DNA of 64,000 nucleotides from Vitrella brassicaformis CCMP3155 (lineage: Eukaryota; Protista; Chromerida), in assembly GCA_001179505.1 (NCBI GenBank), contig CDMY01000217.1, forward strand, positions 1 through 64,000. The letters run 5' to 3'. Below, piece by piece: positions 1 to 8,710 of the stretch. A program made the position numbers and the translations under genes. The notes beneath the pieces were generated by a model. The model was given only the letters and a program-made list of their open reading frames with translations, did not search any database and was not told the origin of the DNA. Within the stretch, counting starts at the first letter, position 1, and every line of letters begins with the position of its first letter.

Positions 1-96
1 CGCGGGATGAGGGTAGGTGGAGGGGGTTGGGTGTAGTCCGATACACGCTCGCTCATCCGAAAAGGAGGAGAAACAGCCGAGAAATCACCAACTCAA

Positions 97-960
97 TCAT
101 GGGGGGTAAGTACTGTACTCTCCTCTCTTTGCCTTCAAGAACGTAGCGCCATGATCAATCTCGAGCTTGACGTTGTAATCATTGATAAGGTAAGCGAGAG
201 AAAGCAGGTTGAACTTAAGCTTGGGCACATACAGCACGTTGTCCACCATGACCTTCTTCTTGCCTTTGTTGATCTCTCCACAGGTGAACTTGACGCAGCC
301 GACACCCATTGCTGGTGCGGTTGATTCATTCGCCATGATGACGTTGATGTCGTGATCGAGTGGTTTGATCTCGTCGAAAAGCTGCTCCTCAAAGCAGCAT
401 GATCGCACTGCTCCGGTGTTCATCATCATTGCCGTAGGTGAGGATGAAGACACACCATTCACGTGCACCACCTCATCAGCCAGTTCTTCTATCTCGACTT
501 CTCCAATCGTAGCGAAGTCCTCATTTCCTTGTTGCTGTTGTTTTTCCTCTTCGTAGACGTCGAATTGGTTGGCGTATTGGCGATTGGGACGTCGGTCGTT
601 CCGTCTCTCGTTGGCTCGTGCTCGGGTGTTGTTCATAATGACGTCGCATCCTTATCTCGTCATTCTGTAGGGCGCCATGTTTGCTGCTGCTGCCCTCCTC
701 TCTGCTGCTGTCCGCCAGTGTGCCAGGTGCGCTGAGAGGATTGGGCATAAGTGGATGAGGCAGGTCGCCAGTAATTGCTGCTCTGTCTGTTGGTGTTGCT
801 CACCTGGTTCCTCTATCCATTGCCATTGTTCCTGTTGATGTTATTGTATCTGTTGTCAGGTCGTCTGTCAGTCCATCCCTTCCTCTCATCATCATGCTGA
901 CTACACTGGTCTTGACGGTTATGTTGTCTTCCGGATGTGGGTGGGCGGGTGTATTGTTCG
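97..960 (-). mobile_element. Degenerate Ty1/Copia LTR-retrotransposon gag-pol fragment (gag linker plus protease region)
   Basis: ORF 97-636 has MMMNTGAVRSC (position of the Copia protease D[S/T]GA motif) and DNVLYVPKLKFNLLSL (typical Copia VLYVP.L..NLLS motif). The upstream N/R-rich region is broken by stops and frameshifts. No LTR identified. Confidence 0.7.
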
Positions 961-1142
961 TATGCGACAATGGAGCGAATCAACGAAGTTCGTTGCTCAA
1001 ATGAATATGCACGATACGCAATATCCTAGGTAAGGCCCATGTCGCCGTGAGTAGGAGTTGCAGTAGAGGTACCATACAGCTGGATAGCAAGACACATACA
1101 TGCAGGTCCAGAAACGACATGCAGTCCTCAATTCCCACGCCG

Positions 1143-1925
1143 TCACGCTACAGTGAAGACATCCATTTCGTCGGCCATAAATGCCTCACTGCCCCCAAAC
1201 ACAGCGTTGCCATGGTCTCTCACTCCCACATAGTCCTCAGGCACGACACGGCTGGGGATCCAGTGACAACAGCTGCGCATATCACTAGCAGCGCCACCCT
1301 CATAGCCCAACCACAGCCACCCACCGAGCCTCACCTTCGCCCCATCCGCTGTCCTCTCCCGCCCGGCCACCTGCACTGGCAGCCAGCCCTCCCCCATTTT
1401 GGTAGGTCCCTTGGTGAAGTGGCCGGCCTGAGAGAAATACCAAACATCACACCAGTAGTCGTTGTAGCCTGTTGGGTCGTCGGGCGGCCAGATGCCGTCA
1501 CTGATGAAGGCGCTGAAGACGTACTTGTCCTTGCGGATGACAAACACTAGGTTCTTCGTGTCACCCGCACACCGCAGGAAGTCGCCATACAATGGCCCGT
1601 CACGAGAAGCCCTGAAAATAGGAGAAAGACGAGAGAGAGAGAGAGTCAAACGACGGACGATATAGGACACCTGTAGATGAGCTTCAGTGTGTTTCCAGTT
1701 GTCGCTCCGATGAACCGATAGAGTGCCGCCGACTGGAGTGGATCAAAAGTTGCACCCTCGATCACCTGCAATCAAATCAACAGAACACCGATACCGCTCT
1801 CCCTCGCTGATGTCTGTGTTTATGACCTTGAGTGAGAGCAGTGATCGGCCGTCGACATGAATGACTTCCACTTCATCAGCCATGAAGTACTTACTGCCCC
1901 CAAACACAGCACGGTAATGCTTAAC
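1143..1925 (-). pseudogene. 5'-truncated tandem TLDc-domain gene (end of one domain plus one full domain)
   Basis: Spliced reading AVFGGSKYFMADEVEVIHVDGRSLLSLK|VIEGATFDPLQSAALYRFIGATTGNTLKLIYR|ASRDGPLYGD...LVFVIRKDKYVFSAF...FSQAGHF...AVFGGSEAFMADEMDVF* through two GT-AG introns. Homologous to the genes at 36.9-46 kb. The 5' part is replaced by minisatellite sequence near 1935. Confidence 0.75.
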
Positions 1926-1939
1926 CCTCACCCCACACG

Positions 1940-2040
1940 TGGTGAATGTTTCATTATTCATGCGCATGCTTGCGCATGCACAGGTGTGCGCACACAAACA
2001 TTCATCACCTACACACACTCCAAGTCCAAATGCGCATGTC
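1940..2040. repeat. Isolated 1-2 units of the ~60-bp minisatellite family
   Basis: gcgcatgcacaggtgtgcgcacacaaacattcatcacctacacacactccaagtccaaa matches units of the 4240-5245 array. Confidence 0.75.
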
Positions 2041-2069
2041 GTCGGTCTGCCGTCCCTGAAGAGATTCGA

Positions 2070-2809
2070 TGTGCGAGACGCAAGTCGGCAGCACAATGAC
2101 ATCGAAAGCCTTTCGCACATGTGGTGGGTGGTGTCATGTGTTGGCAGGCGCTGGTGTTCCTCGCAAGATGTGTGTCTACAATCAAGTGCGAGTTGCCGGC
2201 AAGAAGCTCGATGTGCAGATGGCCGACTGCGAGCAGTGGCCCATCCACTACCCTTGCTCAACGTGCATGGCTCGGTGAATGCCTATGCCACACTCACCTA
2301 CCCGGCCCTGCGCGGCTGCGTGGTCAGGGACAAGAGGGAGGCGGGCAGCAAACGGGTGGTGGCCCGGGCCATCAGGGCTGTGGAGACATGGAGGCGCCGA
2401 CTGGGGGGCAAGGCGACCTTCGACACAAGACGACGTTGCCTGTTGGGCTTGGGATTGGGAGGGGTAAGTCTCGCGAAATGAGGGAATCGCAAGCTGGACA
2501 CACTATGCGCTGTGTATCAGGCTCTGCGGCTGGAGAGGACAAGTACTTAGTGTATTTGGGTCAACACGTGCACAGCGAGCTCTTCGCGACACTCACGGGG
2601 TGAGAAACGATGGAAATCAATGCGCCTACACCCGTTCCCATCCTCTCTTGTGTGTTGATACAGTGCCGTTTCGTGTATGTATGTTGCCTTCGCACTCTCT
2701 TTCAAATTTCAAACACGACAGCTACACGGACGACTTCATCCCACTACCAGGTCAGAAAAGACTCCCCAGTCCATCCGACGCTTCCCACTTTTCAAGATTT
2801 GTGTATTGT

Positions 2810-2843
<34 letters not shown>

Positions 2844-3062
2844 TGCAGTGCCTACATGGGTGCAGCCGCTGCGTTTCATCGGTCTGCACGTCATGAACAC
2901 GCCAGCATCGGTGTACGGCCTCTCGCCCCCTCCACACGGCGGGTCACCCGACGACTCACGCTACGGGCTGCATGCCCTTTTTCCCTCGCGATGGAGGTGT
3001 TCCCACCTGCGTGCCGCATCGACCTGAAGGCAGAGACGGATGAGGACGACTTCGACCCATAG
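2070..3062 (+). other. Unidentified spliced coding fragment, possibly degenerate
   Basis: Several exon-like blocks with AG/GT borders (GSAAGEDKYLVYLGQHVHSELFATLTG; VPFRVCMLPSHSLSNFKHDSYTDDFIPLP; ...RIDLKAETDEDDFDP*). No family recognised and frame continuity is unclear. Confidence 0.35.
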
Positions 3063-3220
3063 TCGTCGCTGACAGGGAAGACCACTCTCAGTGCGGCTAG
3101 GAAGAAGTGAGAGTTGATCGCATATGCAACAATGTGAATAGATTAGCCACCTATGTGGTTGCCCCAAGTGGGCAGTGAGTGAGGTTGGATGGCCTGTTGG
3201 TTTTGCTTGAGTGGCGCCCA

Positions 3221-3662
3221 TGTGTACATGCGCAGCTGTGCGTACAGAGATGTTTATCATATTCACCCCTGCAAGTCCACGCGTACGTGCACAGCTGTGC
3301 GCACAGAGGCATTTATAAGATACACCCCCTGCAAGTCCATGTGTACATGCGCAGCTGTGCGTACAGAGATGTTTATCATATTCAGTCCTGCAAGTCCACG
3401 CGTACATGCGCAGCTGTGCGCACAGAGACATTCATAAGATACACCCCCTGCAAGTCCATGTGTACATGCGCAGCTGCGCGCAGCTGCGCGCACAGAGATG
3501 TTTATCATATTCACCCCTGCAAGTCCACGCGTACTTGCACAGCTGTTCGCATAGACATTCATAAGATACACCCCTTGCACGTTCACGCGTATGTGCGCAG
3601 CTGTGCGCACAGAGACGTCTATCATATTCACCCCTGCAAGTCCACGCGTACGTGCGCAGCTG
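3221..3662 (+). repeat. Minisatellite array, alternating 59/60-bp units (~119-bp higher-order repeat)
   Basis: The gc[g/a]cagctgtgc motif starts at 3230, 3289, 3349 and 3408. Units alternate between gatgtttatcatattc and cattt/cataagatacac variants. About 8 units. Confidence 0.92.
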
Positions 3663-3669
3663 TGGATTT

Positions 3670-3870
3670 GGTGTGTGCGCACCCCTGCGCATGCACGGGT
3701 TGACTTGGTGTGTGTGTATATAGTGAACGTGTTTTGCGCACCCCTGCATATGCACGTTTGGACTTGGTGTGTGTATATAATGAACGTGTCTGTGCGCACC
3801 CCTGCGCCTGCACGTGTTGACTCGGTGTGTGTGTATATGATGAATGTCTGTGTGCGCACCCCTGCGCATG
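3670..3870 (-). repeat. Minisatellite array in inverted orientation (~3.5 units)
   Basis: Units such as gcgcacccctgcatatgcacgtttggacttggtgtgtgtatataatgaacgtgtctgt are the reverse complement of the 4240-5245 units. Confidence 0.88.
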
Positions 3871-3906
3871 GTTTGCTTACTGTCCCTGTTTTTGGTTGCC
3901 GTGTAG

Positions 3907-4171
3907 AAGAACACTACACCCATTCAAGTTGCTGTGTTTTGCGGTAAAGTGGCTGTGCTGAAGGCGATGCACGCCAAGGGGGGCAAGGCGCTCCTTGACC
4001 AACAGGTAGATGTGGGCGCTGCTTGACACCAGGACAGACAGTAGGGACATTGTCCCCGTAGTGTGTGTGCAGGGAGGCTTTTTCCCCATCCACTGGGCGG
4101 CTTGTAAAGGCCATATGGAAGTCGTCAAGCTTTTGTTGAAGTGGAACGGGACACTCGAGAAACGAACTGAA
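3907..4171 (+). pseudogene. Two ankyrin-repeat exons (gene fragment)
   Basis: Exon 3907-4005 reads KNTTPIQVAVFCGKVAVLKAMHAKGGKALLDQQ. Exon 4073-4171 reads GGFFPIHWAACKGHMEVVKLLLKWNGTLEKRTE (P.H.AA..GH.EVVKLLL ankyrin consensus). GT-AG intron at 4006-4072. No start or stop found. Confidence 0.8.
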
Positions 4172-4239
4172 GTGGACCCTGTTACACACAATGCACCAGC
4201 CAGAAATGTGTCTGACTTGGTCAAGCCAATCACATCACA

Positions 4240-5245
4240 TACATGCGCACAGAGACATTCATCATATACACACCCTCCAAATCGACACGTGCATACGCAG
4301 GCGTGCGCCCAGAGACATTCATAATGGACACCCATTTCAAGTCCAAACGTGCAAGTCCAAACGTGCATGCGCAGGTGTACGCCCAGGGATATTCATTATA
4401 TACACCTACTCCAAGTCCAAACGTGCATGCTGTGTAGGTGTGCGCACAGAGATAGTCATCATATACACACCCTCCAAATCGACACGGACATGCACAGGTA
4501 TGCGCACAGAGACATTCATGATGGACACCCACTCTAAGTCCAAACGTGCATGCACAGGTGTGCAAAAGAGATATCATCATGTAAACCCACTCTAAATCCA
4601 AACGTGTATGCGCAGGTGGGCGCACATAAACATTCATCATATACACACACCAAGCCAACGCGTGCATGCACAGGTGTGCGCACAGGGGTATTCATCATAT
4701 ACACACACTGTATGCAACGCGTGCATGCGCAGGTGTGCGCACAGGAACATTCATGATGGACACCCACTCTAAGTCCAAACGTGCAAGTCCAAACGTGCAT
4801 GCGCAGGTGTACGCACAGAGACATTCATTATATACACCTACTCCAAGTCCAAACATGCATGTGCATGCTGTGTAGGTGTGCGCACAGAAACATTCACAAT
4901 GTACGGCCACTCCAAGTCCAAACGTGCAAGTCCAAACGTGCATACACCTGGGATATTCATGATGTATACCTACTCCAAGTCCAAACGTGTATGTGCATGT
5001 CCAGGTGTGCGCACAGAGACATTTATGATATACACACCCTCCAAATCGACACGTGCATGCAAAAGTGTGCGCACAGAGATATTCATCATATACACACACT
5101 CTACTCGACGCGTGCATGCGCAGGTGTGCGCACAAAGTCATTCATTACATGCACACACTCTACGTTTGGTCATTTTATATATACACTCCAAGTCCAAACG
5201 TGCATGCACAGGTGTGCGCATAGAGACATTCATGATGTACACCCA
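4240..5245 (+). repeat. Minisatellite array, ~60-bp units (~16 copies), some with an internal duplication of aagtccaaacgtgc
   Basis: Recurrent gcgcacagagacattcat...tacacacc..ccaagtccaaacgtgcatgc.caggtgt. Confidence 0.92.
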
Positions 5246-5793
5246 CTAGAAGTCCAAACGTGCATTGTGATTGGAAAAAAACTTTTTGTGGGATTGAATG
5301 TAGTTGCTTTCGGTGTTGGCGTGTGAGATGATACAGAGAGTTCTCTGCGTGCGTGCTCTCAACCTGTCGGTCGGTCTGTCAGTGTCTGTCTGCGTGCCTC
5401 GCTCTGTGTGCTCTCGCTTACCAGTCAGTGGTGTGCTCCCAATAGGCCGTATAGTCGGCCGTATCACTGACTGTGGGTGTAGGTGTTGGAAGATTTTGCC
5501 TGCATCCTAAGCACTTTCTGTGTCTGCCTTCGTAAATGCGTAATCAGGAAGCAGGTGATGGCCATAAGGCCTGATTGACTGATGCATGCATGTTTGCTTT
5601 GCTTGCGTAGATGGAGGGACTAACAAATGATGCGTGCGTGCCTACTGACTGATTGGACGGATGGTGTGTGCTCATCTGACTCATCTAAGCGTATGTGCCT
5701 TCTCAATCACTGCGTGCTCACCCTAGCATCAGCCCACAGCGCCACATCAGCCCCAACCCTCTCTATCCCAGCCAACTCAGACTCCCCACCCCT

Positions 5794-5864
5794 CATGAGG
5801 AATCTGTAAGTTGAAACCCTCGGGACCGAAGGGACTCTGGGGTTCAACTCACAGGTTCCTGATG
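5794..5864. other. Imperfect ~70-nt inverted repeat (hairpin)
   Basis: catgaggaatctgtaagttgaaaccc versus the reverse complement of ggggttcaactcacaggttcctgatg (catcaggaacctgtgagttgaacccc): 4 mismatches in 26 nt. Confidence 0.8.
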
Positions 5865-5879
5865 TATACAACACACTTT

Positions 5880-6350
5880 AAGTTTTCATTCTGCTATCAC
5901 TAACACGGTAGGAAGACTGCTGTCAGGTTCTTCTAAAAGCATCCTATCTTGCGGGTCCAATGGAGCTTCGCTGAGCTTGGAATTGAGCGCCGAACACCGT
6001 CAGGATTGCATCTTACCGGTTCAATGGAGCTTTGCTGAGCTTGGAATGGAGCGCTGAATAGGATGCGTTAGATGCATCTTTTCAAACTTCTACTCTGCTC
6101 TCACTAATACAGTAAGAAGATTTCTCTCGGATTCCTCCAAAACTATTGTATCTTCCAGGTTCGATGGAGTTCAGTAAGAAGACTTTAACAAAGCTTACGG
6201 AGCTTTTCAGAGCATGCAGTGGTCCGCTGAAGAGGCGCCTTGTAAGATACTCGCATTCAAGCTCTTGTTCTGCCATCACTAACACGGGAAAAAGACTGTT
6301 CTCGGATTCTTTCAAAATTACCGCATCTTGAAGGCTCAATAGAGCATACA
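5880..6350 (-). pseudogene. Degenerate, AT-richer coding sequence with three related ~27-aa repeats
   Basis: Units read ALLSLQDAVILKESENSLFPVLVMAEQ, TPSNLEDTIVLEESERNLLTVLVRAE* and APLDPQDRMLLEEPDSSLPTVLVIAE*. The tcactaa anchor is at 6276, 6101 and 5897. Confidence 0.55.
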
Positions 6351-6625
6351 TACCTCCCTCTCTTATTCATTCATCAGAGAAAGCACACAGGCAAAGAGAG
6401 AAGAGGCAGACAGGGATCTATTCAATCGTCCTCTCTCTGAGTAGGAGATGCGATACAAATCGAACAATTGTTGAGCAAATGAATTGTGACGTGATGAAAC
6501 GTCAAATTCTCATGTGTATGAAGGGAGAAAAACATACTAAATTTCATTCAGAATCACACCTTTCTTTGTACCTTGTCTGCGGCCGAAAAAGCATGCCACA
6601 AATGTGACCACAAGATTATCATGTC

Positions 6626-6967
6626 AGGGTGAATTTACAAAGGAGTTTGGACCAAGAATTGGCCGACCTCAGCGATGATGAGGACGAGCAGCGGCATGGC
6701 AACGAGCTGACGAGGGCCGACATCGAGCTGGTAGAGCAGAGGCTGTCTTTTCAGGTGCCCTGAGACCAGCTCCACACCGTGCACACCGAGCAGAACCTGG
6801 TCAAGCAGGTCATGAAGGCATGGAGCTGGAACAAGAAGGAAAAGCAGCACATTCTCCGCAAATGCGGCATCGACATGAACACCAGCAGGTGGGGGCAGCC
6901 GGTGGTCAAGAGAATCATCGCGCACATCCTCCTGCGCGGCCGACAGCCCCCTGCCGAGACTGACTGA
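6626..6967 (+). pseudogene. Coding-like segment with an internal TGA; unknown product
   Basis: Reads ...LDQELADLSDDEDEQRHGNELTRADIELVEQRLSFQVP*DQLHTVHTEQNLVKQVMKAWSWNKKEKQHILRKCG...AETD*. TGA at 6761-6763. Confidence 0.3.
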
Positions 6968-8710
6968 CTATCTATGCATGTGACTGGCTGGAATGAGGGG
7001 GTGAATGCTCGTGATTTGCTTGCGAGGGCTGCAGAGAGATGTAAAGAGAGGTCCTGTATGAGTGCCCGTCGCGACGAGAGTGATGTGCAAACGTTGCGTG
7101 ACTGGCTTCTTGCATCCATGTCGTGCATTGCTGCCCGTGAGTCGAGTCGGACTGTCCGTATCATCTCGCGCTTTTTGCCACTGTCTGTACAAGCTGCGTT
7201 ACTTCAGGGGGGGCAAGAAGGGCCTGCTAGTGAGTAGAGTGGAGTCCGCGAATTGGGCTAATGCCCAATTTGCGTCTTTAAGAAACAGCACGTCCGGCAG
7301 ACAAAACGTTCGATCACGATCGTATGGAAGAGAAAAGGAAAAGCGGTAGCGGTGATGTGTTGCTTGCAGTACTACAGATACGTCAATATGTCGAGAAGCT
7401 TCGTGTTTTTTTGTCACGTTTGGATCAATGATCGTTAAACTGATGTACCCTAAAGCTACAAGTTATTGAAAAAAGCTTGGCCGTCAGTCCGTCTAGGGTG
7501 CTCCATGAAACCGCTGCTCCTTGAAGAAGATCGCGCTTGCTTCGCGGAGAAAGTCAACGAACAAGGGTCTCTCTGGGCGCAAACTTCTTAAAAGTTGCAT
7601 CAACTGACTGTTAGCACACGAAACTGGCACGAAACGCGCCAGTTTGTGGTGGATGGGATGTTTCTCCCTTGTCCGGTCATGCAGCTGGTTGAGCTTGGTC
7701 TTTCTTGGGTGCCTTTTCACAGGCCCCTCAGTGCCGCATCGACTTTGTCGAGCTTCTGGCGGACTTGGGGCAGTGGGCTTGGTAGTGGATATGCTTGCAA
7801 GACTCCTCTCTGCAAATGCGGTCACCATCGACTGTCTGCTGCTTCCCCGCTTGGCGCCGCAGCCTCTTCTCGCCACTCTCGGAGTCATCAAAGACGTGCA
7901 GGAGCGAATCGACTGTCCAGCCTTCGGTGTTATCTGCAGCCACACCGGTAAGTGCCGCCAGCATGGCCGCCAGACACAGCCAATGTCTGCATTGCACTTC
8001 AGCAGAACAAGCCTCCACGGCTTTCATGACGGTCTTGCCGGTGCCGCCCCTGCGGGTCAGGCACACATGAGTAATGGCGCGATGTATTTGTTGTCCCTCA
8101 GGTCTTTGTAGTGGTTCAGCAAGTTGCTGCAGATGATTTGGAACGCCCGAATCTGCTCTTCGTTCAATTGATAACGGCTCGCCCAGTCTCATGCGGCTTG
8201 AATGCGGACGCCGGCTGCGCCAGCAGTCGAGTGAGGCTGGCAGCATCCATCGAGTGACCACCGTGTGTGAAGATTCGACTCGAAGAGAAGCTTCTCAGGA
8301 GGCTTGCTTCATCTGATGTGGCGCGGCTGTGGCCGATTTCATTTACCTTGTTGCGTTGCTGGTGCAGGTCATCTTTGGGCTGATCCTGGCGGTTCCCATT
8401 TGATTGACAAGCCGATTGATAGTCATCAACTCGGACGCCACAGGAGCGGCAACATGGGGGGTGTCTTGTGTTCTTGGTGCAGCCCTGAGTACCTGCATGC
8501 TATCGCCACGTCTGTCTTCAAGATCTGCATGTTTTTCAAGCTCCCGCCATTGTTGTCTGCATGTTTTTGAAGCTCTCGCCATTGTTGCATGCGTCCGTGT
8601 GCTTCTCGCCAACACTCGTGCTGTGCACGTCTCTGTGACGCATAATTGAACCACCACTTCGCACGCTTTTCTCGACCCCCGCCCAATTCGCGGCCCGGGG
8701 TGCCCACGCA

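Noticed and set aside
3221-5245. CRISPR-like array
   Set aside because: The units are tandem repeats along their whole length with no unique spacers. The context is eukaryotic and there are no cas genes. The His/Cys-rich ORFs here are translations of the repeat.
6974-8650. Separate genes or a second element upstream of the PLE endonuclease
   Set aside because: Several medium ORFs overlap on both strands without recognisable motifs or splice structure, so none could be supported.
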